This document shows, in pieces, positions 16,913 to 25,518 of a stretch of 32,000 nucleotides of DNA (within the stretch, counting starts at the first letter, position 1; each line of letters starts with the position of its first letter). The notes beneath the pieces are model-generated. The model saw only the letters and a program-made list of their open reading frames with translations. It had not been told where the DNA came from and ran no database searches. Source of the stretch: Geobacter sulfurreducens PCA (lineage in GTDB: Bacteria > Desulfobacterota > Desulfuromonadia > Geobacterales > Geobacteraceae); NCBI RefSeq assembly GCF_000007985.2, contig NC_002939.5, positions 3,750,001 to 3,782,000 of the forward strand, given 5' to 3'. The position numbers and the translations under genes are program-made.

Positions 16913-17521
16913 TCAGTCCCGGTCGACCGCGCATCCCCGGGCACCGAGGGTCTGTCTCACCATGAGGCGGAACAGGTGCTCCATGCCCGACTGGACGTCG
17001 GGTGATTCGATGATGCCCAGGGCCCGGGCGATTGCCTCGAAAGTGGCCAGCCCCTGGGGATGATTCTCTCGCCGAACGCCCCACTCGGTGGGAGGGCCCG
17101 GCGGGAGCCGGACCATCTCGGCGCGGGCAAGACCGGGCAACCGCCGGCCCATGCGGGACGCCTGGCGCCAGGTGCCGTCGGGCACCACCAGTGTGACGGG
17201 CCGTCCGTCCCGTTCCAGCAGTTCCCGGTCCAAGACGGGGACGTCGTCGCCGGGATAGAGCAGAAGGATGCGCCGCGCCGGGGTGTCCAGATCGCTCAGA
17301 TTCAGGGAACGGCCCGGCTCCCCGTGGATGCGCAGTTCGCTGTTGGGGAGTATCTCCAGGGCCAGGGGGCCCGTAGCCGTGGTTTTCGGGTATTCCCGGT
17401 GATGCATGACCAGGACCACCCGGGTCGCAAGGGAATACCGCGGCATAGCCGGGCAGACGCACCGGTGGATATGCAAGCGGCACCGCGCACAGCGCTCGCT
17501 CCGTTTCGATCTGGTACCCAC
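16913..17521 (-). CDS. DTW-domain protein (tRNA-uridine aminocarboxypropyltransferase, TapT/YfiP-like)
   Basis: N-terminal Cys cluster CARCRLHIHRCVC and the PDGTWRQA (DxTW) motif. GTG start 6 nt after the tkt stop. Confidence 0.85.
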   Translation of the reverse strand: MGTRSKRSERCARCRLHIHRCVCPAMPRYSLATRVVLVMHHREYPKTTATGPLALEILPNSELRIHGEPGRSLNLSDLDTPARRILLLYPGDDVPVLDRELLERDGRPVTLVVPDGTWRQASRMGRRLPGLARAEMVRLPPGPPTEWGVRRENHPQGLATFEAIARALGIIESPDVQSGMEHLFRLMVRQTLGARGCAVDRD

Positions 17522-17527
17522 GGTGTC

Positions 17528-19534
17528 TCAGCGCTCCACGAACTCGGCCACACGCCGGGCAACCAGCTCAGGGGTGAAACCGTACTGCTCGGCCAGTACC
17601 TTTTCCGGGGCCGAAGCGCCGAAGGTCTCCAGGCCAATGAACAGGCCAGCCGGACCCAGGAGCCGCCACCAGAGGCCGCCGTGCCCCGCCTCCACCGCAA
17701 CTCGTGGGACACGTCCCGGCAGACAGCGGCGCCGGTAGCTTTCCGGCTGGGCCAGGAATGCCTCCATACAGGGGATAGATACCACGCGAGCCGCAACCCC
17801 GTTACCGGCCATAATCTCTGCCGCGGCCAGAGCCAGTCCTACCTCGGACCCGCTCGCCATGAGAACCACGGCCGGGGCCGCCCCGCCGGAACGGACCACG
17901 TAGCCCCCCTTGGCAAAGGTTCTGGGGTCAAGGGTCTCCTCCCGGGCGATGGCCGGCACTTTCTGGCGGGTCAGGACAAGGGCCGTGGGGCCGTCCGTGC
18001 GCCGCAGAGCCGCAGCCCAGGCCAAGGCCGTTTCGGGGCCGTCCGCTGGCCGGATCACCCGGAGGTTAGGGATGAGCCGCAGTGACGAGAGCTGCTCCAC
18101 GGGCTGGTGGGTGGGACCGTCCTCACCCACGAAGAGGGAATCGTGGGTGAACACGTACACCGCCTGCTGCTTCATGAGCGCCGCCAACCGGATAGCCGGC
18201 CGGCAGTAGTCGGCAAAGACCAGGAAGGTGGCGCCGTAGGGGATGAACCCGCCGTGGCGGGCCATGCCGTTCATGATTGCGGCCATGGCATGCTCGCGCA
18301 CGCCGAAGTGAAGATTGCGCCCCCCGTAGCTACCGGGGAGCACGGAGGAGGAATCCTTGATCCGGGTGTTGGTGGAGGGCTCGAGGTCCGCCGAGCCCCC
18401 GACCAGGGAGGGCACTACGGCGGCGGCCGCCTGGAGGACCTTGCCCGCAAGGGAGCGCGTGGCGCCGGCTTCGGCTCCCACCGCCGCCAGCAGCCGGGAC
18501 TCCAGATCCCTGGGCACCCCCTTTTCCGCCATCAGATCCCAGAGCCGTCCCTTGTCGGAATTGCGGCGGCGCCAGCGGCGGAGCTCATCCTGCCAGGCGG
18601 CGCGCGCCTCGGCGAGCGCTTCCCGCCTCTGTTCGCAGAGCTCCCGAATCCGCTCCGGCACGTGAAACAACTCATCGGGCCACCCCAGGCTCCTGCGCGT
18701 GGCTGCGGCCTCCTCGGCACCCAGGGGCGAGCCGTGGGCGGCGGCGGAGTCGTGCTTGCCGGGCGAGCCCTGGGCGATATGGGTCCGGGCGATGATGAGG
18801 GAGGGCCGCTCCCGTTCCACCCGGGCCCGCCAGAGGGCCTCGTCCACCTGGCGGACATCGTGGCCGTCAACGGCCTGCACGTGCCAGCCAAGAGCCGCGA
18901 AGCGCCCCGCCGTGTCTTCGGAAAAGGCGAGGTCCGTGGAACCCTCGATGGTGATCCGGTTGTCGTCGTACAGGTAGACCAGGTTGCCGAGCTTCAGGTG
19001 ACCGGCCAGGGATGCCGCCTCCTGGCTGACTCCCTCCATGAGGTCGCCGTCGCTCACCAAGGCGTAGATGTGGTGGGCGCAGGGATCAAACCGCTCGTCG
19101 GCAAAGCGGGCCGAGCCCATGCGCGCCGCCAGGGCCATGCCGACCCCCATGGCGAACCCCTGCCCCAGGGGACCGGTGGTCACCTCCACGCCGGGGGTAT
19201 GGCCGTATTCCGGATGGCCCGGGGTGCGGCTCCCCCACTGGCGGAACCGCTTCAGTTCATCCAGGGGAAGATCGAAGCCGAAGAGGTGGAGCAGACCGTA
19301 GAGAAGCATGGAACCATGCCCCGCCGAGAGGATGAACCGGTCCCTCCCCGGCCACTCCGGGTCGGCGGGGTCGAAGCGGAGGTGGGAGTGCCAGAGGAGA
19401 AAGGCGTAGTCGGCGGCCCCCATGGGCAGCCCCGGGTGACCGGAGGCGGCGGCTTCAACCGCGTCCACCGCCAGCATCCTGAGGGTATCGGCGCCCAGGC
19501 GGGCATCTTCGTTGGTAAGGCTTACCGCGGCCAT
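17528..19534 (-). CDS. tkt: Transketolase
   Basis: [21 protein letters not shown] and the TPP/pyrimidine-binding regions. I place the start at ATG 19534 ([18 protein letters not shown]) rather than 19627, which would overlap the divergent gene. Confidence 0.95.
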   Translation of the reverse strand: MAAVSLTNEDARLGADTLRMLAVDAVEAAASGHPGLPMGAADYAFLLWHSHLRFDPADPEWPGRDRFILSAGHGSMLLYGLLHLFGFDLPLDELKRFRQWGSRTPGHPEYGHTPGVEVTTGPLGQGFAMGVGMALAARMGSARFADERFDPCAHHIYALVSDGDLMEGVSQEAASLAGHLKLGNLVYLYDDNRITIEGSTDLAFSEDTAGRFAALGWHVQAVDGHDVRQVDEALWRARVERERPSLIIARTHIAQGSPGKHDSAAAHGSPLGAEEAAATRRSLGWPDELFHVPERIRELCEQRREALAEARAAWQDELRRWRRRNSDKGRLWDLMAEKGVPRDLESRLLAAVGAEAGATRSLAGKVLQAAAAVVPSLVGGSADLEPSTNTRIKDSSSVLPGSYGGRNLHFGVREHAMAAIMNGMARHGGFIPYGATFLVFADYCRPAIRLAALMKQQAVYVFTHDSLFVGEDGPTHQPVEQLSSLRLIPNLRVIRPADGPETALAWAAALRRTDGPTALVLTRQKVPAIAREETLDPRTFAKGGYVVRSGGAAPAVVLMASGSEVGLALAAAEIMAGNGVAARVVSIPCMEAFLAQPESYRRRCLPGRVPRVAVEAGHGGLWWRLLGPAGLFIGLETFGASAPEKVLAEQYGFTPELVARRVAEFVER

Positions 19535-19612
19535 GAATCCTCCTTGTTGCCATAACGTACTTCTCAAACGCACGCATTCGGGTACACTGTCAGAACCAGG
19601 GAGAACCATGCC

Positions 19613-21019
19613 ATGTCCGACAAACACGACCTCATCATCCTCGGCTCAGGCTCCACCGCCTTCGCTGCCGCGCTCCGCGCCCACTCCAGGGGCGCCCGGG
19701 TCCTCATGGTCGAGAAGAGCGTCCTCGGCGGCACCTGCATCAACTGGGGGTGCGTGCCGAGCAAGACCCTGATCCACGGGGCGCTATTCTATCAGGAGGG
19801 ACGGCTCGGGGCAAGGCTCGGCCTCGGAGAGTGCGGAAACGCCGTGGACCTGGCCCCCCTCATGACCCGCAAGGAAGAGGTGGTAAAGCACCTGCGCACC
19901 ACCAGGTACCTGGATATACTCCGGAACACGCCGGGGCTGGAACTGGCCAAGGGGACCGGCCGATTCCTGGGATCCGGCCGGCTGGAGGTGGTGGACCAGG
20001 TCTACCGCTGCGACCGCTACCTCGTGGCCGTCGGCGGCACCCCCCGCATCCCGAAGATACCGGGCCTGGAGTCCACCCCGTTCCTCACCAGCCGGGGCGC
20101 GCTCCTGCTGAAACGCTTTCCGGCATCCCTCATCATCATCGGCGGCGGGGTCATAGCCGTGGAACTGGGGCAGATGTTCCAGCGCTTGGGCACCCGGGTG
20201 ACCATCCTCGAACACGGCCCGCGCATCCTCGCCCCCATAGAGCCGGAACCCGCCCTGGCGATACGGAACGTCCTCAGGGACGAGGGGATGGAGATCATCT
20301 GCCACTCTCCGGTCTGCGCGGTGTCGGGAGACGGCTCCGCGGTGAGCGTGGAGGTCGAGCGCGAGGACGGACGCCGGACCTATACGGCGGAAAAGCTCCT
20401 TCTGGCCGTGGGCACCACGCCGGCCACCCGCGGCATCGGCCTGGAGCTGGCCGGCGTGGAGACCGACGGCAGGGGATTCGTCACGGTGGACGAACGGATG
20501 AGGACCACGGCTCCGGGCATCTGGGCCGCCGGCGACTGCACCGGCGGTATGATGATCGCCACGGTGGGGGCGCGGGAGGGAATCATCGCCGTGGACGACA
20601 TGTTCGCCACCGGCTGCGGCTGCGCCATGGATCACCTGAGTGTCCCCATGGCCATCTTTACCGACCCCGAGGTGGGGGCCGTCGGTTACACCGAACAGGG
20701 CGCCCGGGACGCCGGACTCGACCCGATCGTGAGCATTCTCCCCGTGTCAGCCATTCCCAAGGCCCATGTGACCGGGCATACGGCAGGCGTCATCAAACTG
20801 GTGGCGGAGCGGGCCACGGGACGGCTGCTGGGGGCTCACCTGGCCTGCCACCGGGGAGCCGAGCTCATCAACGAGGCAGCCCTGGCCATTCGGCTGAAGG
20901 CTACGTTCGAGGATCTGGCAAACGCCTTGCACGTCTACCCTTCAATAGGAGAGGGGCTGCGGCTCTGCGCCCAGGGATTCACGAGGGATGTCAGCAAGTT
21001 GTCGTGCTGTGCGGAGTGA
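19613..21019 (+). CDS. Pyridine nucleotide-disulfide oxidoreductase with MerA (mercuric reductase) core signatures, no N-terminal metal-binding domain
   Basis: FAD fold [12 protein letters not shown]. Redox-active [13 protein letters not shown]. The C-terminus ends KLSCCAE (vicinal Cys pair as in MerA ...CCAG). 468 aa. Confidence 0.8.
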   Translation: MSDKHDLIILGSGSTAFAAALRAHSRGARVLMVEKSVLGGTCINWGCVPSKTLIHGALFYQEGRLGARLGLGECGNAVDLAPLMTRKEEVVKHLRTTRYLDILRNTPGLELAKGTGRFLGSGRLEVVDQVYRCDRYLVAVGGTPRIPKIPGLESTPFLTSRGALLLKRFPASLIIIGGGVIAVELGQMFQRLGTRVTILEHGPRILAPIEPEPALAIRNVLRDEGMEIICHSPVCAVSGDGSAVSVEVEREDGRRTYTAEKLLLAVGTTPATRGIGLELAGVETDGRGFVTVDERMRTTAPGIWAAGDCTGGMMIATVGAREGIIAVDDMFATGCGCAMDHLSVPMAIFTDPEVGAVGYTEQGARDAGLDPIVSILPVSAIPKAHVTGHTAGVIKLVAERATGRLLGAHLACHRGAELINEAALAIRLKATFEDLANALHVYPSIGEGLRLCAQGFTRDVSKLSCCAE

Positions 21020-21025
21020 TGGACC

Positions 21026-21829
21026 ATGGAACCGGCCGGCGTCTACGCAAAAAATGTTCAGATTGACCGGGAATTGTCACAGCGGCTGCACGGGGCGCTC
21101 ACCTGTGGCAAGGAGGAGCTCTTCCAGGTCGTGGCCGACCCCGCCCCTGACGTGATCCGGGCGGCCCTGCGCAACCCGGCCATGGACGAAAACCATCTAC
21201 TGGTACTGCTTGGGCGGCGGGACCTGGGCGAGGATCTCGTTGCGGCCATCGGCCGCCACGATGCGGTGGCCGAGAGCCACAAGCTGAAAGCGGCCCTGGT
21301 ACGCAACCCCGCCACCCCAGCCCAGCTGGTCATGTCGCTGCTGCCCCACCTCTATCTGTTCGAGCTGGTGGACCTCTGCCTTCTCGCCGGCGTGACCCCG
21401 GACCAGCGGGTCGCCGCCGAGCGCGCCGTCATCCAGCGTCTCTCCACTACCCCCCTGGGCAACAAGATCACCTTGGCCCGGCGCGCCACGGCATCGATTC
21501 TGGACGCCCTGCTCAAGGAGAGCGATGTGCGGGTGGTAGAATCGTGCCTCACGAACCCCCGCCTCAAGGAGGGATCTGTTTTTCAACTAGTTTCAAGCTC
21601 CCGCGCCACCGGTGACGTCATCGCTGCCGTGGCACGCCACCAGTGCTGGAGCAACCGTCCCAACCTGAAGGCAGCCATGCTCAAAAACCCCAACACCCCC
21701 ACCTCCCTCTTCAGCACCCTCCTCGCCTCGGCCCCCACCATGGAGGTGAGGAACCTGGCCGCCTCGGGACGCCTGGGGACCGAACGCAAGCGCCTGGCAG
21801 CCCAGGAGCTCAAGCGGCGGGGCTGCTGA
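21026..21829 (+). CDS. Alpha-helical repeat protein (leucine-rich-repeat-variant / HEAT-like), unknown function
   Basis: Recurring unit [RKT]NP-x(1-2)-[TM]-x(4-6)-L-x2-LL (RNPAMDENHLLVLL, RNPATPAQLVMSLL, TNPRLKEGSVFQLV, KNPNTPTSLFSTLL). Starts 6 nt after the upstream stop. Confidence 0.65.
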   Translation: MEPAGVYAKNVQIDRELSQRLHGALTCGKEELFQVVADPAPDVIRAALRNPAMDENHLLVLLGRRDLGEDLVAAIGRHDAVAESHKLKAALVRNPATPAQLVMSLLPHLYLFELVDLCLLAGVTPDQRVAAERAVIQRLSTTPLGNKITLARRATASILDALLKESDVRVVESCLTNPRLKEGSVFQLVSSSRATGDVIAAVARHQCWSNRPNLKAAMLKNPNTPTSLFSTLLASAPTMEVRNLAASGRLGTERKRLAAQELKRRGC

Positions 21830-21834
21830 CCGCC

Positions 21835-22734
21835 CTATTCGTACCACCGCCGGACGACAAAAGTCTTCTCCCCCTGCCCGTACGCGTCCCTGAACCGGTC
21901 CGACGGCGTTCGCCCCGTCATTAGCTCCGCCAGCACCTCCCCCAAGGGCCGGACCACCACGCCGTCCCGCACCCCCGGCACCGGGCCGAGGCGGCTCTCG
22001 ATGGTCCGTTCCCGGTCCAGCACGATGATCACGTGCCCCTTCCAGGCGATCAGGTCCAGGGGCTCCAGTCGACGGCGGATGGCCTCGACAGAAAGGCCGG
22101 CAATGGGGACGCCCCGGCCGAAGCCGGTGAGCTCACTCGTGTTCCGGGGAGTGACGCCGTTGGTTGCCTCGTAAAGAAGCCCCGAGCAGTCGAGCCCCTG
22201 GAGCCGCCAGCGGCGGTTCGTTTCGGCGGGGAGCCTGCCCGGTGGATGAAAGAAATCCACCATTGCCGACACCCCGGCGCGCACATTGCCCCCCCAGACG
22301 TAACGGCTTCCCCTGGCAGCCAGAAGGCGGATGATGATCTCGTCGCGGGAAGGGAGCGTCCGGGACCGCGGCGGCGGTTCCTCATCCGTCAGCCGGACGA
22401 AACGGTCATCCACGAAATAACCCGTGGCCGATGGATAGGGATAGTCGTCGGTGGTCACCCGGTGGACCACTGATGAGCCGTTTCGGACTGTCTCGTGAAC
22501 CACGAACACCGTCCCCGGCAGGGCGATGAATTCCAGCTCCCGGATCTGGCCCTGTCGGTCGGTACGCAGGGCCGAGCCGTCCCTGCCGCCGAAGATGCCG
22601 GGGAAATCGGGAGTATTGAGGACCGGTGCCGGCAGCACCGCCACGGCGTAGCGCTTCGCGTCGCCCGCCCGGGTGACGGAGGTCATCATCAGAACGAAAA
22701 CGGCCGCGGCTGCGGCCAGAAAGTATCTCTTCAC
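21835..22734 (-). CDS. NlpC/P60-family cell-wall peptidase with an N-terminal SH3-like region, secreted
   Basis: YVWGG...GLDCSGLLY catalytic Cys context and a downstream His (KGHVIIV). Start preferred at GTG 22734 (SD GAAGGGAGA; gives signal peptide KRYFLAAAAAVFVLMM). Alternative ATG at 22773. Confidence 0.85.
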   Translation of the reverse strand: MKRYFLAAAAAVFVLMMTSVTRAGDAKRYAVAVLPAPVLNTPDFPGIFGGRDGSALRTDRQGQIRELEFIALPGTVFVVHETVRNGSSVVHRVTTDDYPYPSATGYFVDDRFVRLTDEEPPPRSRTLPSRDEIIIRLLAARGSRYVWGGNVRAGVSAMVDFFHPPGRLPAETNRRWRLQGLDCSGLLYEATNGVTPRNTSELTGFGRGVPIAGLSVEAIRRRLEPLDLIAWKGHVIIVLDRERTIESRLGPVPGVRDGVVVRPLGEVLAELMTGRTPSDRFRDAYGQGEKTFVVRRWYE

Positions 22735-22774
22735 ACATCTCCCTTCTTCGAAAAATACACACAGATAACGCATT

Positions 22775-22795
22775 AGCCACAGAGAGCTCAGAGGA
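22775..22795. repeat. Direct repeat copy 1: AGCCACAGAGAGCTCAGAGGA
   Basis: 18/21 identical to 23054-23074. Internally it is a tandem CAGAG motif. Confidence 0.6.
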
Positions 22796-22827
22796 ACAGG
22801 GGGAGGATCAACAATTGTTGCTATCAG

Positions 22828-22843
22828 TGCTGTCAGTGCGCCA
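22828..22843 (-). promoter_or_regulatory. Sigma-54-like -24/-12 candidate for the NlpC/P60 gene
   Basis: Minus strand reads TGGCGC-ACTGA-CAGCA with correct GG/GC spacing. The predicted start site falls inside the perfect palindrome CAACAATTGTTG (22809-22820). Confidence 0.3.
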
Positions 22844-22863
22844 CCCTCACCACCGCAGCTCCC

Positions 22864-22881
22864 CGTGAGGGGGCGGGGCTC
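22864..22881. repeat. Left arm of a long-range inverted repeat
   Basis: CGTGAGGGGGCGGG (22864-22877) is the exact reverse complement of 23005-23018. Pairing extends to 18 bp with one G-T. Confidence 0.7.
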
Positions 22882-23000
22882 ACGCGGAGAAAAGAGTCCC
22901 GCAGAAAAGCACCGGAGAAACTCCCGGAGGGAAAGCGGCAGGCCCGGCAGTTCAGGTCATGTGAAAACCGACCGGTGACGCTTGACTGTTTTCGGAGCGG

Positions 23001-23018
23001 GAGTCCCGCCCCCTCACG
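23001..23018. repeat. Right arm of a long-range inverted repeat
   Basis: CCCGCCCCCTCACG (23005-23018). The arms enclose 119 nt that are rich in GGAGAAA-type motifs. Confidence 0.7.
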
Positions 23019-23053
23019 CAACCACAGCCCCCCTGACACACAAAAAAGCAGTC

Positions 23054-23074
23054 AGCCACAGAGTTCACAGAGGA
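23054..23074. repeat. Direct repeat copy 2: AGCCACAGAGTTCACAGAGGA
   Basis: See copy 1. Together the two copies bracket the inverted repeat. Confidence 0.6.
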
Positions 23075-23188
23075 CTCCGAGGAAAAGCACTACGTTGCAC
23101 AACCAAGGGCGTCGCCCGGCGGACCTCTGCAATTATTGCGCAACCGTCTGACTTATCGGCGATATCCGTGGAAATGCCGGTTATGGAT

Positions 23189-23521
23189 TCACTTGAGAAA
23201 ATACTGATGCACCGCCGCCCCGGCCAGCCACACGCCGAAACTGGCCGCCAGAACAACCGGCAGGGGGAGGTGCCGGCGGAAGAGAACATACGCCACCACA
23301 AAGAAGAGGATGGTGGGGATGATCCCCCAGAGGACTCCCCTGGTGTACCCTTCCATGAGCCGGTAGTCCCCCGGCGACTCGGACCAGAGCCAGAGGAGCA
23401 CCAGCAGGCTCGTGAGGGGCATGGTGGCGATGAGGCCGCCAAGGGTCGGGAATCGCTTGCCGATCCTGGCGCAGGCAATGATGATGGTAAGGCTGATGAG
23501 GGCTTTTACGAAGGTTTGCAC
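23189..23521 (-). CDS. Small integral membrane protein (DUF3147-like), 110 aa
   Basis: Four predicted hydrophobic helices. GTG start 9 nt after the upstream stop. The family name is from memory of similar ~110-aa proteins. Confidence 0.7.
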   Translation of the reverse strand: MQTFVKALISLTIIIACARIGKRFPTLGGLIATMPLTSLLVLLWLWSESPGDYRLMEGYTRGVLWGIIPTILFFVVAYVLFRRHLPLPVVLAASFGVWLAGAAVHQYFLK

Positions 23522-23530
23522 CGTTGCCCC

Positions 23531-24094
23531 CTACTCCTCCACCACCACGCTCACGATCCCTCGCAGGTCTCCCGCCGCGAATCCGGTGGCCCGGTCGCCG
23601 GGGTAGCACGCCTGCAGATGCGTCTTCACCTCGGGAGGGATCGAGTCTTCGGCACCGTGGCAGACGAGGCAGCCGGGCTGCACGAGGATCGGCTTCACGT
23701 AGCGCAGGACCTGCTTGCCCCCCACCCGGGCCGGCACGATCATCTCCCCCGGCAGGCTCCCCTGCTCCTTCATGGCGGCCAACCGCTCAAGGGCACTGCG
23801 CTCGAAGGGGTCGGGACTGTTGGCCGGGTTTCTGATCTTGAGCGATGTTCGCCGGATGGACAGATGTTCGGTCCGCGCCAGTTCCGCCGTCAGTTTCTGG
23901 GCCTCAGCGAAGCAGACCTTCACCGCCTCTGCCGGTCCTTTCTCCTTCATCACGATCATGACCCGCTCCCGCAGGGTGGCGGAAAGTCGGTCAGCGGCCA
24001 TCCGGGCACGGGGGACCGCGTCGCCTTCGGCACCAAAGGCCGGGAGCGTACCGAACAGCGTCGCAAACAGGCAGGTGGCGAGCATGCGTCTCAT
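23531..24094 (-). CDS. Periplasmic c-type heme protein, DUF3365 (Tll0287-like) family
   Basis: Start chosen at ATG 24094 (SD GGGAGG; signal peptide MRRMLATCLFATLFGTLPAFGA). Single CLVCH heme-c motif near the C-terminus, then PGD...GDLRG as in DUF3365. Confidence 0.8.
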   Translation of the reverse strand: MRRMLATCLFATLFGTLPAFGAEGDAVPRARMAADRLSATLRERVMIVMKEKGPAEAVKVCFAEAQKLTAELARTEHLSIRRTSLKIRNPANSPDPFERSALERLAAMKEQGSLPGEMIVPARVGGKQVLRYVKPILVQPGCLVCHGAEDSIPPEVKTHLQACYPGDRATGFAAGDLRGIVSVVVEE

Positions 24095-24117
24095 CTGGTT
24101 CCTCCCGAACACGTGGC

Positions 24118-25518
24118 TCAGGCCTTGAGGATCGCCTCAACCAAGTCGAACAAAGGACCGGGCCAGACGCCGAGAGCCAGGATGGCGACGGTCACGGCGC
24201 CGAGGCATACCGCCTCCGCCGGGGTGGGGAGCGGACCCGGGGCAGCCTCCTCAGCCGGTTTCATGTAGAGGTTCACCACCACCCGCAGGTAGTAGTAGGC
24301 CGACGCCGCTGCCGTGAGGATGCCGATGATCGCCAGGGGCGTCTCTCCTGCCCTGAGGGCCGCGAAAAAGATGGCGAATTTCCCCGCAAAACCCACGGTG
24401 GGGGGAATTCCCGCCAGGGCAAACATGGCCACCGCCAGTACCACCCCCTGGAACGGCCGCCGGTAGCCGATCCCCCGGAGCTCATCCACCTGCTCCAGCG
24501 GTCTTTCCTGTTCCAGGGAGGCAAGGGCACCGAAGGCCGCCAGGCTCATGACCCCATAGGCAACGGCATAGAAGGCCGCGGCCTCGTAGCCCCGTCCACC
24601 AGAGAGGAGCGCCAGGGCCACGTACCCCATCTGGGCCACGGAGGAGTAGGCGAGCATCCGCTTCACATTGGGCTGGAGCAGCGCCGCCAGGTTCCCCACG
24701 GCCATGGAGAGGAGCGCCAGCCCCCAGAGGGGCGCCCGCAGGGGACCGATTTCCCCCAGGGGGGGCAGGATCAGCAGGAACAGGGCGATGGCCGCTCCCT
24801 TGGAACCGGCGGCCAGGAAGGCGGTCACCGGCGTCGGCCCCCCCTGGTAGACATCCGGGGTCCAGAGGTGGGCCGGGGCCAGCGACACCTTGAAGGCGAG
24901 CCCCGCCAGGAGGAGCCCCCATCCCGCCAGGGCGATCCCGCCGCCCGCTGCCGAGGCGGCAACGGCCCGCCCGATCTCCAGGGAGCCGGTGGCACCATAG
25001 AGGAGCGCGATGCCGAAGGCCACGAATGCCGCGGACACGGCACCCATGAGGAGATACTTGAGTCCCGCTTCCCCCGATGCCGGCCGGTTGCGATCATAGG
25101 CCACCAGGATGTAGAATGCGAAGGTCAGGGCCTCCAGCCCCAGAAAGAGGGTCAGGAAGTTGGCCGCGCTCGCCACCACCCCCATGCCGAATGCGCCGAA
25201 CAGGATCGTGGCCGGATACTCCTCTCCCTCCAATCCCTGCCGGTCGGCGTGGTCATGGGCAAGGAGCAGGGACAGGAGCGCGGTCACCGCGAAAAGCACC
25301 AAAAACGACCGGGCGAACGGCGTGAACGCCACCCCCAGGGTCGGCGCCAGGGGCCGGGGGGGGGTCTGCAGAGCCCAGAGGGCCGCACCGGCGCAGACCG
25401 CCACTCCGATGGCAGTCCCGTACCGGCCAGGCACGATCGCACCCAGGATAAGCACGAGGACGCTCCCGCAGGCGAGGAGCAGAAGCGGCATGATGGTCCA
25501 GAGATCGGCGATGGTCAC
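24118..25518 (-). CDS. nuoN: NADH-quinone oxidoreductase subunit N
   Basis: HLWTPDVYQGGPTPVTAFL motif, about 14 TM segments. GTG start overlaps the nuoM stop (GTGA). Confidence 0.95.
   Translation of the reverse strand: MTIADLWTIMPLLLLACGSVLVLILGAIVPGRYGTAIGVAVCAGAALWALQTPPRPLAPTLGVAFTPFARSFLVLFAVTALLSLLLAHDHADRQGLEGEEYPATILFGAFGMGVVASAANFLTLFLGLEALTFAFYILVAYDRNRPASGEAGLKYLLMGAVSAAFVAFGIALLYGATGSLEIGRAVAASAAGGGIALAGWGLLLAGLAFKVSLAPAHLWTPDVYQGGPTPVTAFLAAGSKGAAIALFLLILPPLGEIGPLRAPLWGLALLSMAVGNLAALLQPNVKRMLAYSSVAQMGYVALALLSGGRGYEAAAFYAVAYGVMSLAAFGALASLEQERPLEQVDELRGIGYRRPFQGVVLAVAMFALAGIPPTVGFAGKFAIFFAALRAGETPLAIIGILTAAASAYYYLRVVVNLYMKPAEEAAPGPLPTPAEAVCLGAVTVAILALGVWPGPLFDLVEAILKA

Noticed and set aside
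16902-17483. ORF-track N-terminal extensions: Crp regulator to 17483 (424 aa), tkt to 19627, nuoM to 27089, DUF3365 to 24112, PagL-like to 8873, secreted protein to 6950.
   Set aside because: The extensions overlap neighbouring genes or lack an SD. Internal starts with strong SDs give family-typical N-termini or signal peptides.
19535-19612. A MerR-type operator between the divergent tkt and MerA-like genes (GTAC...GTAC).
   Set aside because: There is no convincing dyad of the TCCGTAC-N4-GTACGGA type, no 19-bp-spacer promoter, and no merR gene in the window.
22882-23000. Possible riboswitch (GEMM/c-di-GMP-type or cobalamin) or a CsrA-titrating sRNA, suggested by several GGA motifs in the 119-nt interior of the inverted repeat.
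   Set aside because: I could not find the conserved GEMM core (GGCAAACC...ACGCAAAGCC) or a B12 box. The GGA motifs are mostly in predicted stems rather than loops. The region is kept only as part of the repeat-architecture finding.
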